This document shows positions 24,636 to 36,720 of a stretch of 64,000 nucleotides of DNA, one piece after another. Both the position numbers and the translations under genes were made by a program. Where the stretch lies: the NCBI GenBank assembly GCA_017625835.1, contig JAGAKF010000057.1:14662-78661 (forward strand), written 5' to 3'. The DNA comes from Clostridia bacterium. GTDB taxonomy: Bacteria; Bacillota; Clostridia; Oscillospirales; Acutalibacteraceae. Every line of letters starts with the position of its first letter. The first letter of the stretch is position 1. The notes beneath the pieces are model-generated. The model did no database searches. It was not told the origin of the DNA and saw only the letters and a program-made list of their open reading frames with translations.

Positions 24636-25589
24636 TTAGTCTTCTTTATCCATATGCTTTGCAATGAAAGCTTTAATCTTGTTTTCATACTCTTCCTTAG
24701 CATTGTAGTAGCTGAAAGCATGAGCGGTATTTTCTACCCACAAACAGTCCTTTTCAACGGGACAAGCTTCATAAAGACGCTTGCCGTGGTCGAACGGAAC
24801 GACCTGATCCAACTCACCGTGAACGAAAAGAATCGGATTCTTAGCCTTGTTCATATTCTTAAGAGGATTGCTCTCCTCGAAGAAGTAGCCTGCCTTAAGC
24901 TTGCTGAAAACGCTTCCGACTTTTACAGCAGGCATAAACTTGAAGCCGATTATATCCTTAAGTCCTTCGTTGATAATTTCAGGTGCGCTTGCAAAGCCGC
25001 AGTCTTCAATAATAATCTTAACCTGATCCGGCGGTGACATTTCGTTGCAGTTCATAACTGTTGCCGCACCCATTGAAATACCGTGAAGGATGATTTCAAT
25101 ATCCTCACCGAAACGGTTTATAAGATAGTCTACCCACAAAAGGATATTTTTTGCATCAGGAGCACCGAAGCCGATGTAGTCACCCTCGCTTCTGCCGTGA
25201 GCCGTAAGGTCAGGAAGAAGATAGTTGTAGCCGAGATCGTTATGATAGAACGGTGCAAAGTGGCTGAATTCGTCGGGGCCGTTACATTTGTAACCGTGAA
25301 CGCATATTACAAACCTCTTTGATTCCTTTTCAGCAGGAAGGAACCAGGCTCTCATATTGTCGCCGTTAAATGCTTTGAGTGAGATATCTTCCGGATCGCA
25401 GTTATAGAAATTACGGTTGTTTCTCTCTCTTACACTCGCACGCTTGATGTAAATTTCACGTGTCTCAGGCTTTTTTTCCTTCAAAGGATCGGGACGTTTG
25501 ATAACGAAATCGCACGCCATATTTCCTGCAACTGCTACTGCAGCTGTTGCGCCAAGAACGACTCTTGCAACTGTACCTTTCTTACTCAT
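24636..25589 (-). CDS. alpha/beta hydrolase
   Basis: Nucleophile elbow GISMG, an N-terminal TM/signal segment, and a C-terminal HG.LD..V motif. Confidence 0.7.
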   Translation of the reverse strand: MSKKGTVARVVLGATAAVAVAGNMACDFVIKRPDPLKEKKPETREIYIKRASVRERNNRNFYNCDPEDISLKAFNGDNMRAWFLPAEKESKRFVICVHGYKCNGPDEFSHFAPFYHNDLGYNYLLPDLTAHGRSEGDYIGFGAPDAKNILLWVDYLINRFGEDIEIILHGISMGAATVMNCNEMSPPDQVKIIIEDCGFASAPEIINEGLKDIIGFKFMPAVKVGSVFSKLKAGYFFEESNPLKNMNKAKNPILFVHGELDQVVPFDHGKRLYEACPVEKDCLWVENTAHAFSYYNAKEEYENKIKAFIAKHMDKED

Positions 25590-25608
25590 AATATCATCTC
25601 ACTTTAAA

Positions 25609-26067
25609 TTAATTTTTCTCACCAAGGAGTTTTGCAAGTTCATCCATAAATGTGTTAATGTCTTTAAACTGGCGGTAAACCGAAGCGAAGCGAACGTATG
25701 CAACTTCGTCAGTATCCTTAAGCTTATCCATTGCCAATTCGCCGATACGTGTAGCAGTAACTTCACGGTCAAGTGAATTCTGAAGTGTGAGTTCGATTTC
25801 GTCAACGATGTTTTCGATTGTATCAATCGAAACAGGACGCTTTTCGCAAGCTCTCAAAAGGCCGTTGAACAACTTCGCACGGTCAAAAGACTCTCTTGAC
25901 TTATCCTTCTTGACAACGATGATCGGCACGCTTTCGATAACCTCATAGGTTGTGAATCTCTTCGCGCAGCTTGTACATTCTCTGCGACGGCGGATACGTT
26001 CACCTTCATCTGTAGGACGGGAGTCTATAACCTTGCTCTCTGAAAAACCGCAAAACGGGCACTTCAT
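25609..26067 (-). CDS. nrdR: transcriptional repressor NrdR
   Basis: MKCPFCG...[12 protein letters not shown] zinc ribbon plus an ATP-cone, 152 aa. Confidence 0.95.
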   Translation of the reverse strand: MKCPFCGFSESKVIDSRPTDEGERIRRRRECTSCAKRFTTYEVIESVPIIVVKKDKSRESFDRAKLFNGLLRACEKRPVSIDTIENIVDEIELTLQNSLDREVTATRIGELAMDKLKDTDEVAYVRFASVYRQFKDINTFMDELAKLLGEKN

Positions 26068-26151
26068 ATTCAGTCACTTCCTTACACTTAGCGCATAATA
26101 GCACATTATTTATCGTATTATACCATAGATCAGTATATAATTTCAATATTT

Positions 26152-26928
26152 TTATAAGAGATTTTCCAAATAGGTTTTTGCCGTTCTCAGTTCTTCGTAT
26201 TCACCGTAATTCTGACGGTAAAGCTCGATTATTGCGGTTTTGTCGTATCCGACACCTGAAAGCGCAGCAAACAGCTTTTTGAAGTCGTATTCCCCTGCTC
26301 CGGGTGCAAGACATTCCTGTCCCGGCATGCCGTCGCTTATATGCACCTGATAAATCTTCTCACCAAGCAGATTTATGAAATCGAATGCACTTTCGCTGCA
26401 ACGTCTGCACTGCTTTATATCAAGCACCATTCTGAAGCTTTCTCCGACGATATCCGCTAATGCTTTCATAAATAAAGGATTTCCGCAATGATGATTATGA
26501 ACATTTTCGTGTGCAATGTGTATCCCCTCTCGCAATGCCGCTTCGTGAAGAGGGACGTAGCTTTCGGCATATTCCGCAGGAGTTGTCTCGATATACATTC
26601 TTCCGCCGTGGAGGACAACCATTTCCGCACCGAGCTCATTTGCCGCTTCAAAGTAATGCTTGTAAAACTCAATTCCGTCAAGTACCCTACGCTTGTATCC
26701 GCCGAAAAACAGGATCGGTTCGTATGCGGACGTAAACGGATGAATTGAGCGTATCTCAATCCCGTAATATTCTTTTATTGTTTTAAGCTCGCTGATAATC
26801 GGTTTTTTCAGCTCTGAATAAGAATTGAAAAATATTTCAGAAGTCTTTGCTCCGAGCTCACCGACAGTTTTCAAGGACTCCTCCGTCTGCAACGGATAAA
26901 GACAAGAGGACGAAATTCCGATCTGCAT
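26152..26928 (-). CDS. sugar phosphate isomerase/epimerase (xylose isomerase-like TIM barrel)
   Basis: Start at MQIGISSS (ATG 26928). Family-typical length and HxH/E pattern. Confidence 0.65.
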   Translation of the reverse strand: MQIGISSSCLYPLQTEESLKTVGELGAKTSEIFFNSYSELKKPIISELKTIKEYYGIEIRSIHPFTSAYEPILFFGGYKRRVLDGIEFYKHYFEAANELGAEMVVLHGGRMYIETTPAEYAESYVPLHEAALREGIHIAHENVHNHHCGNPLFMKALADIVGESFRMVLDIKQCRRCSESAFDFINLLGEKIYQVHISDGMPGQECLAPGAGEYDFKKLFAALSGVGYDKTAIIELYRQNYGEYEELRTAKTYLENLL

Positions 26929-27038
26929 ACAATCACCTGCTTTTATCAATTATAAATATGATACCACCTTTTTGATTAGTAGTAAAGAATGTAAAACCGG
27001 CATAAATATTATGAAATTGTTAATTTTTAGAAAAGGGG

Positions 27039-27067
27039 TTGATTTTTTCAGTAAATGTGGCTAAAAT
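27039..27067 (+). promoter_or_regulatory. groESL promoter
   Basis: TTGATT, 17-nt spacer, TAAAAT, immediately upstream of CIRCE. Confidence 0.6.
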
Positions 27068-27071
27068 AGAT

Positions 27072-27098
27072 TTAGCACTCAACACAAGAGAGTGCCAA
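27072..27098 (+). promoter_or_regulatory. CIRCE operator (HrcA binding site)
   Basis: TTAGCACTC-N9-GAGTGCCAA, against the consensus TTAGCACTC-N9-GAGTGCTAA. Confidence 0.9.
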
Positions 27099-27104
27099 AT
27101 TTAA

Positions 27105-29075
<1,971 letters not shown>

Positions 29076-29128
29076 GAAAGAGTGCAGTGCGCACTTTCAA
29101 TGAAATCCGATTTAATCTAAAAAACCAA

Positions 29129-29162
29129 ACAGGCTTACGGCAAAACCGTAAGCCTGTTTTTT
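29129..29162. terminator. bidirectional intrinsic terminator
   Basis: 12-bp perfect stem acaggcttacgg/ccgtaagcctgt plus T6. Confidence 0.75.
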
Positions 29163-29166
29163 ATAA

Positions 29167-29961
29167 TCAATCCTTATCAAGTACTGCATCAAAACTTTCG
29201 CAATCTTTTACATTACTATCCGAAACTTCTATCGAAACAATCCAACCCGCTACATCATCCGTGAAAACCTGCGGATTATTCGTCTGTCTGATATGAACAC
29301 AAACGGAATCTGAATTAAAATCTATGTCCTTCAACCCAAATCGAAGTGTTCCGCTCGGAGCACTCACATAAACCAACAGCAGTGTATTTCTTTCAAAAAA
29401 ATCTTCATCATATTTTTTCGCAGTTTCCTCAAAAGACGGCATTTCGTCATAACCTTCATTTATAAAAATGTCCTCGCCGTACTCTGACATTAATCGTTCA
29501 AGCTCCTGCTGTGTATCTATTTTAAAAATCGGCAAATGTTTTTCCTCATTTTCATTCAATTTGCTTTTGTTCAAAGCACCGTTTAAAAGCGAATTATACG
29601 CACTGTGATTCCAACTACTTACATACGAAACCTTAGCTTTCAATTTTGTCTGTTCCGTGTTTTCTTCTTTGTTATCGGCAATCGTTTTCGATATTTCATT
29701 TTTCTTCATTTTATCTGTTTGGTTAATTATCATTTCTTGTGTTTGCTTTGTTATATTAACCGATGTGGAAGTATCTTTCTGCTCATTTGTCAGAATAACC
29801 GATGTTTCCATATCGTAATCAACAGTATCAAACGGCTCAATCGCTCTTGTCTGCTGATCTTTTTTTATTATTCCGAACACAGAAATTAAACAAACACAAG
29901 TACAAGCCAAAAGCGACATAAAAATTAAAACTTTCTTTTTGAGACTAAAATCTTTCTTCAT
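29167..29961 (-). CDS. hypothetical membrane-anchored/secreted protein
   Basis: N-terminal TM helix. Last gene of the ECF sigma cluster. Confidence 0.55.
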   Translation of the reverse strand: MKKDFSLKKKVLIFMSLLACTCVCLISVFGIIKKDQQTRAIEPFDTVDYDMETSVILTNEQKDTSTSVNITKQTQEMIINQTDKMKKNEISKTIADNKEENTEQTKLKAKVSYVSSWNHSAYNSLLNGALNKSKLNENEEKHLPIFKIDTQQELERLMSEYGEDIFINEGYDEMPSFEETAKKYDEDFFERNTLLLVYVSAPSGTLRFGLKDIDFNSDSVCVHIRQTNNPQVFTDDVAGWIVSIEVSDSNVKDCESFDAVLDKD

Positions 29962-29987
29962 AGTAATATACCTCCTTTAACCGTTTC

Positions 29988-30671
29988 TCACTTATTTATC
30001 TTTTTCACACCGTGTGCCTCGGCACATCTCGTAGTTATGACAATCTCATAATAAAACGTATCTCCTTCCAGATGTATCAACAGATATTTTTCTCCGTTGA
30101 CATCTTTAATTACTTTTTTCATATATGATTTATCAATATTGATTTTAGAATAATCTTCATCATCCACAAAATTCATCGCACAGCGCACGTACATCAAACG
30201 ATAGTTTTCTTTTTCTTCATCAGTAAGATGTGGGCTATCGATATATTCATGTGTACCTTCAAAACCTGTGTAAAAAGTAGTGGGATCTCCGTTCTGTCCT
30301 GCTGACTCACCATGATTAGTTGTGATAGCGTCTTCCCCAACACTTGGCTTTTCTACATATTTATCAGTTTTGGCGGATATTTGTGTACTTGATTTTTCAG
30401 CAAGAGTTGTGCTGGTTGGGTTCGTGTTATTTGTGCTTTCGCCTGTGCTACTGTTGCTTGAAGAATTCAAATACACATCAGTAACATCATTTTTATTAAG
30501 ATTGACATTGGTTCTAGCCTTGCTCATTGCGAATATCGCAGCAATACAGATACATAAACACGAAATTGTAGTGACAGATGTCACAATTTTTTTGTTTCGC
30601 ACCTTTATTGCTTTTTCTGCAACAGCTTTCTTTGCCATTATTCTCTCATATGTTTCATCATAAGTTCTCAT
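29988..30671 (-). CDS. hypothetical single-pass membrane protein (possible anti-sigma partner)
   Basis: Overlaps the sigma gene stop. Short cytoplasmic N-terminus, a TM helix, and an S/T/N-rich linker. No zf-HC2 motif seen. Confidence 0.5.
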   Translation of the reverse strand: MRTYDETYERIMAKKAVAEKAIKVRNKKIVTSVTTISCLCICIAAIFAMSKARTNVNLNKNDVTDVYLNSSSNSSTGESTNNTNPTSTTLAEKSSTQISAKTDKYVEKPSVGEDAITTNHGESAGQNGDPTTFYTGFEGTHEYIDSPHLTDEEKENYRLMYVRCAMNFVDDEDYSKINIDKSYMKKVIKDVNGEKYLLIHLEGDTFYYEIVITTRCAEAHGVKKINK

Positions 30672-31215
30672 AAACAAAACCATCCTTTCCCAGTTGAGTT
30701 TTCAGCGCTTTTCTTGCCTTATAAACAAGATTTCCTGTTGTATGTACGCTTTTCCCTACAATCTTTGAAGCGTCTTTATTGCACATACCTTCAAAATACA
30801 CAAGCCAAAGTATTTGCTGATATTCAGGCGATAATTTTTTCATGGAACGGTGCAACTGAATTTTCTGTTCTTCTTTTAAATACATTCGTTCCAGCTCTAT
30901 TTCTTCGTCTGAAAGTTCCGAGAGGTTGTCCAATGGCAATTTCCCGTGGCGCACATTTTTTCTCCAATAATCTCTTGCCATATTTCCCGCAATAGTATAC
31001 AACCATGTTTTGAAGGAGGCTTTTCCGTTGTATTTCGGCTTTTTCATAATCAGCTTCAAGAACACATCTTCCGCAATATCTTCAGCTTCCGTTGTATTCT
31101 GTGTAAAAGAATTGATATACAAAATCAATCCATCACGGTATAAACATATAATATCAACAATACCTTTTTCGTCCCCTTCAAGAAAACGGCGGTAGCTACT
31201 TGCACCGTTATCCAT
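30658..31215 (-). CDS. ECF-type RNA polymerase sigma-70 family factor
   Basis: Region 2 (EDIAEDVFLKL...FKTWLYTIAGNMARDYWR) and a region 4 HTH (ASKIVGKSVHTTGNLVYKARKAL). ATG at 31215 behind RBS GGAGG. Confidence 0.8.
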   Translation of the reverse strand: MDNGASSYRRFLEGDEKGIVDIICLYRDGLILYINSFTQNTTEAEDIAEDVFLKLIMKKPKYNGKASFKTWLYTIAGNMARDYWRKNVRHGKLPLDNLSELSDEEIELERMYLKEEQKIQLHRSMKKLSPEYQQILWLVYFEGMCNKDASKIVGKSVHTTGNLVYKARKALKTQLGKDGFVYENL

Positions 31216-31402
31216 ATAAAGCCTCCTTTCCGAAAGGATAATTAAACCTTTCATCTATTATACGAAATAAACCAAAAAAATTCACACTATTTTTATTAAA
31301 TGCCATAATTTGCAAGTATTTTACTTTTTTTGCCGTATCTGTGTTTACTTTTCCTTTAAAAGTTGGTAAAATGAGTTTATAAATGTTCTGAGGTGATATT
31401 TT

Positions 31403-32470
31403 ATGAGTAAAAAATTAGGCGTCGCAATCATTGGTTGCGGTAACATTTCAGGTTCACACATCCCGAATTATCTTAAGCTTGATAATGTTGAAGTCAGATA
31501 TTTCTGCGACATTATCCCCGAAAGAGCAGACAAAGCTGTTGAAAAGTACGGCTGCGGTACTGCAGTTTATAACTACAAGGAGCTTCTCGGTAAGGACGAT
31601 ATCGACATCGTTTCTGTCTGCACACACAACGACTTCCACGCTCCGATTTCAATCGACTTTATGCGCGACGGCAAGGACGTTCTCTGTGAGAAGCCTGCCG
31701 CAAGAACTGTTGAAGAAGCTCTTGAGATGCAGAAGGTTGCTCACGAGACAGGCAGAATGCTTCAGATCGGTGTTGTTAACCGTTTCTGCGACAACGTAAA
31801 TCACGTTAAAAACCTTATCGCTTCAGGCGAACTCGGTGAGGTTTATCAGGTATATGTAAGTTTCCGCGCTCACCGTTCAATCCCGGGCCTCGGCGGCGAC
31901 TTCACAAACAAGGCAAAATCAGGCGGCGGTGTTCTCATCGACTGGGGTGTTCATTATCTTGACCTTACCCTCTACTGCCTCGGCGACCCGACTCCCCTTA
32001 CCTGCTCAGGTGAAGCTTACTGCAAGCTCGGCAAAGATATGAAAAACTACGTTTATACGGGTATGTGGGCAGAAGATTCTTCTGACAAAGAAAACGGCAC
32101 ATATGACGTTGACGATTTCGTTTCAGGCTTCATCCGCACAACGGGTGCAAACATCACATTCAACGGCGCATGGGCACAGAACATCGGTCAGTCAGAAACT
32201 TTTGTTGACTTCATGGGTACAAAAGCAGGCGTTCGTCTCTACTACGGCGGCAAGTTCACAATTTATTCTACAATGAACGGTATGCTCACGGAAATCAAGA
32301 CAGACTACGCTTCATCAGGCTTCGATTACTTTGCAGAAATCAAGGCTTTCGTTGACTCTGTTGCGACAAGAGAGCCGAACCAGGCACATATCGACAAGGC
32401 AATCCTTACTTCAAAACTTCTTGATGCTATTTACAGATCATCTGACGAGCAGAAAGAAATCATTTTATAA
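31403..32470 (+). CDS. Gfo/Idh/MocA family oxidoreductase
   Basis: N-terminal Rossmann motif VAIIGCGNIS and the EKP motif (LCEKPAA). Confidence 0.8.
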   Translation: MSKKLGVAIIGCGNISGSHIPNYLKLDNVEVRYFCDIIPERADKAVEKYGCGTAVYNYKELLGKDDIDIVSVCTHNDFHAPISIDFMRDGKDVLCEKPAARTVEEALEMQKVAHETGRMLQIGVVNRFCDNVNHVKNLIASGELGEVYQVYVSFRAHRSIPGLGGDFTNKAKSGGGVLIDWGVHYLDLTLYCLGDPTPLTCSGEAYCKLGKDMKNYVYTGMWAEDSSDKENGTYDVDDFVSGFIRTTGANITFNGAWAQNIGQSETFVDFMGTKAGVRLYYGGKFTIYSTMNGMLTEIKTDYASSGFDYFAEIKAFVDSVATREPNQAHIDKAILTSKLLDAIYRSSDEQKEIIL

Positions 32471-32487
32471 TAACGGAGGAAGTTTAA

Positions 32488-33210
32488 ATGGAAACCAGAA
32501 TTTTTGAAAATGCAGAAGAAATCGCAGTTGCAGCTGCTGAACTTTACAAGGAGCTCATAAACAACAAGCCGAACGCAGTTCTCGGTCTCGCAACAGGCGC
32601 AACTCCCGTTCATACATACAATAACCTTATCAAAATGTACGAAAACGGCGAAATCAGCTTCAAGGATATCACAACATTCAACCTTGACGAATACTGCGAC
32701 CTCGACAAGAACGACAAGAACAGCTATTACACATTTATGCACGAAAACCTTTTCTCAAAGGTTGACATTGACGAGAGCAAGGTAAACTTCCTTGACGGTA
32801 ACGCTCCCGACTGTGACGCTGAAAGCAAGAGATATGCTGAGGCTATCAAGGCTGCAGGCGGAATCGATCTTCAGCTCCTCGGTATCGGCACAAACGGCCA
32901 TATCGCATTCAACGAGCCTGCAGATGAATTCACAGACGAGGCTTTCAAGGTTACTCTTACTCAGAGCACAATCGATTCCAACCAGAAATATTTCGGTGAT
33001 GTTCCGATGCCGAGATACGCAATGACAATGGGTATCGGCTCAATTATGCGTTCAAAGAAGATTCTTCTCATCGCAACAGGCGAAGCTAAGGCTGATGCAG
33101 TCAAGGCTCTTCATTCAGGCGAAGTTACACCGAGAATCCCCTGCTCAATCCTCAATCAGCACGATGACGTTATCATCATGCTTGACAAGGGCGCAGCAAA
33201 ATTGTTATAA
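32488..33210 (+). CDS. nagB: glucosamine-6-phosphate deaminase
   Basis: LGLATGATP and LLGIGTNGHIAFNEP motifs, 240 aa. Confidence 0.9.
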   Translation: METRIFENAEEIAVAAAELYKELINNKPNAVLGLATGATPVHTYNNLIKMYENGEISFKDITTFNLDEYCDLDKNDKNSYYTFMHENLFSKVDIDESKVNFLDGNAPDCDAESKRYAEAIKAAGGIDLQLLGIGTNGHIAFNEPADEFTDEAFKVTLTQSTIDSNQKYFGDVPMPRYAMTMGIGSIMRSKKILLIATGEAKADAVKALHSGEVTPRIPCSILNQHDDVIIMLDKGAAKLL

Positions 33211-33382
33211 TTCCGCAAAAATCCAACCGTCTTATGCAACACATAAGGCGGTTTTTGTTTTTTTACATTCATTTTTCAAACATAAATTTTGTACAATTTG
33301 ACATTTCTGTCGTATTGTTATTGCCTTTTTTTCGTGTGTATGTTATAATTTCTTCAATTATGAATGAGACGAGGTATTCATT

Positions 33383-35029
33383 ATGAAACCAATGAAAGCA
33401 AATGTTGCAGGAAGAAAATGTCCCCCGCTCCCTAAATTTGAAACAGTCAAAGAAATCGTTCTCTACGGTGCTCAGGCAGGTGGAGATAAATTACAGTACA
33501 AATATCATAATTTCAAAGACGAGATTGAAAGCAAAACTTTCAACGAAGTTAACTATGAATTCAGAGGTATCGGTGAGTACCTTTACAAAAAAGGTCTCGC
33601 AGGCAAGAAGGTTGCAATCCTCAGCGAAAACTGCTACTACTGGATTGCTTGTTACTTCGCTGTTATCACAGGTAATATGACGGTTATCCCGATGGACCCG
33701 AAGCTTCCCGACGAGGACCTTACGGACGTTATCGTAAGAAGTGATTGCGACGCTATCATTTACTCAAAGGATTTCGTTTCTTCAATCGAGATGATGAAGA
33801 AGACTGAGGGCGTTGTACTTACAGAGTACATCAAGCTCGAGGATTACTACGATATTATCGAAGAAGGTCACGCTTACGCTAAAGAAACAGGCAAGAGCTA
33901 TCTTGACGAAGAAGTTAAGCCCGATGACGTTGCATTCATCGTTTACACATCAGGTACAACAGGCAAGAGCAAGGGCGTTATGCTCACTCAGGGCAGTGTT
34001 GCCGCTGACGCTGTTGCAGGCGTTAAGTCTGCACCGAGCGGACACGCAATCGGCTTCCTTCCTCTTCACCATACATATTCATGGGTAAGCGCACTCTTTA
34101 CAGGCTGTCTGCTTTCAGAGTGGGGCTTCATCTGTAAGAGCATCAAGGACATCCAGAAGGACCTCGCAGAGTATCATCCGCACAATTTCGCAGGTGTTCC
34201 TCTCGCAGTTGAAACAATTTACAAGAAAATCTGGTTCACGGCAAAGAAGACAGGCCGTGACGAAGTTCTTAAAAAAGGTCTCAAGATCAGCAACTTCCTT
34301 ATGAAGCTCGGCATTGACAAGAGAAGAAAGATTTTCAGCACAATTATTGATAACCTTGGCGGCGAGCTTGCACTCATCATCTGTGGCGGTGCTTACCTTG
34401 ACGAAAAGTACGAGCGCGGTATGTACGACCTTGGTATCCACATCGTTAACGGCTACGGTATTACAGAGTGTTCACCCGCTATCACAGCAAACAATCCTGA
34501 CCACTTCAAGTTCGGAAGCTGCGGTACTCCGCTTGAGTGTAACGAGATCAAGATCAACGATCCCGACGAAGAAGGCGTTGGTGAGATTTACGTTCGCGGT
34601 AAGAACGTTATGAAGGGTTACTACAAGGATCCCGAAGCAACAGCAGAAGCTTTTGACGGCGAATGGTTCAAAACAGGCGACTACGGTTACATTGACGAGG
34701 ACGGCTTCCTCTTCTTCCGCGGAAGAAAGAAGAACCTCATCGTTCTCAGCAACGGTAAAAACGTTTCTCCCGAAGAGATAGAGGACAAGCTTTCAACAAT
34801 CGAATACGTTAAGGAAGTTGTCGTTTACGACGAAAACGGATTTATCACAGCTGAATTATTCCTTGATGCAATCGAAGTTCCCGATGCAAAAGAGAGAATC
34901 AAGAACGACGTTAACGAAATTAATAAAAAGCTTCCCGGCTACAAGCAGGTTGCAAAAATCAAAACTCGTGACACAGAGTTCCCGAAGACAACAACTCTTA
35001 AGATTCTCAGAAACAACAGAGATAAATAA
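33383..35029 (+). CDS. AMP-binding long-chain acyl-CoA synthetase (paralog 2)
   Basis: VYTSGTTGKSKGV, GYGITE and TGDYG motifs. Confidence 0.8.
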   Translation: MKPMKANVAGRKCPPLPKFETVKEIVLYGAQAGGDKLQYKYHNFKDEIESKTFNEVNYEFRGIGEYLYKKGLAGKKVAILSENCYYWIACYFAVITGNMTVIPMDPKLPDEDLTDVIVRSDCDAIIYSKDFVSSIEMMKKTEGVVLTEYIKLEDYYDIIEEGHAYAKETGKSYLDEEVKPDDVAFIVYTSGTTGKSKGVMLTQGSVAADAVAGVKSAPSGHAIGFLPLHHTYSWVSALFTGCLLSEWGFICKSIKDIQKDLAEYHPHNFAGVPLAVETIYKKIWFTAKKTGRDEVLKKGLKISNFLMKLGIDKRRKIFSTIIDNLGGELALIICGGAYLDEKYERGMYDLGIHIVNGYGITECSPAITANNPDHFKFGSCGTPLECNEIKINDPDEEGVGEIYVRGKNVMKGYYKDPEATAEAFDGEWFKTGDYGYIDEDGFLFFRGRKKNLIVLSNGKNVSPEEIEDKLSTIEYVKEVVVYDENGFITAELFLDAIEVPDAKERIKNDVNEINKKLPGYKQVAKIKTRDTEFPKTTTLKILRNNRDK

Positions 35030-35079
35030 TTTCAAAGACCGAGGAAAATCCTCGGTCTTTGCTTTTAAAATGTTTACTT

Positions 35080-35250
35080 TTACATAAAGGTATCCATAAT
35101 ATTATTTGCCGTCTTCATTGCCTTGTTTGCCATTTTCTTGTAGTTCATCTTTTTTGAACCTTTCATTGAACCGCCGATGAGTGCTGTTGCACCGCCGACG
35201 AGCATTCCGACGCCGATACCTTTCATCACGTTTGATGTTGTACTTTTCAT
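35080..35250 (-). CDS. small Gly-rich hydrophobic/basic protein (56 aa)
   Basis: Not in the ORF track. ATG preceded by RBS GAGGAGGG at 7 nt. Sequence MKSTTSNVMKGIGVGMLVGGATALIGGSMKGSKKMNYKKMANKAMKTANNIMDTFM. Confidence 0.45.
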   Translation of the reverse strand: MKSTTSNVMKGIGVGMLVGGATALIGGSMKGSKKMNYKKMANKAMKTANNIMDTFM

Positions 35251-35353
35251 TCAAAATCCCTCCTCGGAATTATTGTTTGCAGAACGTGCAACAATATTCT
35301 TGGTTGCTTTTTTCAGTCATAATTGATATAATATCTTCCAGATAATTTCGGAG

Positions 35354-36205
35354 ATGATAATTTTGGAAAATCAGAAAAAAATTGCATTGATCAACGATAT
35401 GTCCTGCATTGGAAAATGCTCGCTTACTGCCGCTATTCCTATTATATCCGCCTGCGGCTTTCAGGCTGTACCTTTGCCGACGGGAATTTTTTCCGCACAG
35501 TCAGAATTTGACGGTTTTGTCTGTGCCGATCTTACGGACAAAATGCAAGCCTTTGCCGACCATTGGAAAAATATCGGAATACGCTTTGACGCGATTTACA
35601 CGGGCTACCTTGCGACAAAAGAACAGGCGGAAACCGTAAAAAGATTTCTGATTGATTTCAAAAAAAGTGATACACTTTGCATCGTCGATCCCGTTATGGG
35701 CGATAACGGCAACTTTTACAGTCAGATTGACGAAAGCTTTATTTCCGAAATGCGTTTTCTCTGCACGATGGCAGACGTGATCACTCCGAACGTTACCGAA
35801 GCCGAGATGATTGCGGGCATTGAGTGTACCCAAGCACCTTATAGCACGGAACATATAAAAGAGCTTCTTTGGAACCTTCGCAACCTCGGTACGGGACGGA
35901 TTGTCATTACGGGAATTGAAAGCGAGGACGGACAGATCGGATGCGCTGTTTACGACAGCTACACAAGAAAAGCAAATATGTTTTTCACTCCTAAATCCGA
36001 CGGACGTTTCCCGGGCGCAGGCGATGTTTTCGCTTCGTCACTTGTTTCGGCAATTATGAAAGGTAAAGAATTTACGGATGCTGTTCAGATTGCGATGTCC
36101 TTTACCTGCAACTGCGTCGAAAAAACAGCATTATCAGACGAGCCGCGAGGCTTCGGCCTTCAGTTCGAACTACAGATAGAGAATCTTATTAAAGCGGTGA
36201 AATAA
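35354..36205 (+). CDS. pyridoxal/pyridoxamine kinase family protein
   Basis: Ribokinase-like fold with the N-terminus ALINDMSCIGKCSL typical of PdxK/PdxY-type kinases and a C-terminal GAGD motif. The start could instead be the TTG at 35366. Confidence 0.7.
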   Translation: MIILENQKKIALINDMSCIGKCSLTAAIPIISACGFQAVPLPTGIFSAQSEFDGFVCADLTDKMQAFADHWKNIGIRFDAIYTGYLATKEQAETVKRFLIDFKKSDTLCIVDPVMGDNGNFYSQIDESFISEMRFLCTMADVITPNVTEAEMIAGIECTQAPYSTEHIKELLWNLRNLGTGRIVITGIESEDGQIGCAVYDSYTRKANMFFTPKSDGRFPGAGDVFASSLVSAIMKGKEFTDAVQIAMSFTCNCVEKTALSDEPRGFGLQFELQIENLIKAVK

Positions 36206-36720
36206 TGGCAACACTCAATATTGTTTTAGTCGAACCTGAAATTCCTCAGAACACGGGAAATATCGCGCGCACCTGTGCCGCAACGGGAACAAGGCTCCAC
36301 ATCGTTGAACCGATGGGATTTAAAATTGACGACAGAAAATTAAAAAGAGCAGGGCTTGATTACTGGCACCTGCTCGACATTACATATTACAAAAATCTGG
36401 ATGATTTTTTTGAGAAAAATCCGAAAGGCGAATACAGATTTTTCACGACCAAGGCTCAGCACCGCCATACGGACGTTGAATACCACGACGACGTGTTTCT
36501 CTTCTTCGGAAAAGAAACAAAGGGATTGCCCGAGCAGTTGCTCTTCGACAATCCCGAAAAATGTGTTCGTATTCCGATGATCAACGACTCCTCGGCGAGA
36601 AGCCTTAACCTTTCGAATTCAGTTGCAATTGCTGTTTACGAAGTGCTTCGTCAGTGGGACTATCCCGACCTTCTGTGTGCAGGAAAGCTCACGCAATTCA
36701 ACTGGGAAGATGCCGAGTAA
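36205..36720 (+). CDS. trmL: tRNA (cytidine/uridine-2'-O)-methyltransferase TrmL
   Basis: SpoU/TrmL signature LVEPEIPQNTGNIARTC...SLNLSNSVAIAVYE. Confidence 0.85.
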   Translation: MATLNIVLVEPEIPQNTGNIARTCAATGTRLHIVEPMGFKIDDRKLKRAGLDYWHLLDITYYKNLDDFFEKNPKGEYRFFTTKAQHRHTDVEYHDDVFLFFGKETKGLPEQLLFDNPEKCVRIPMINDSSARSLNLSNSVAIAVYEVLRQWDYPDLLCAGKLTQFNWEDAE

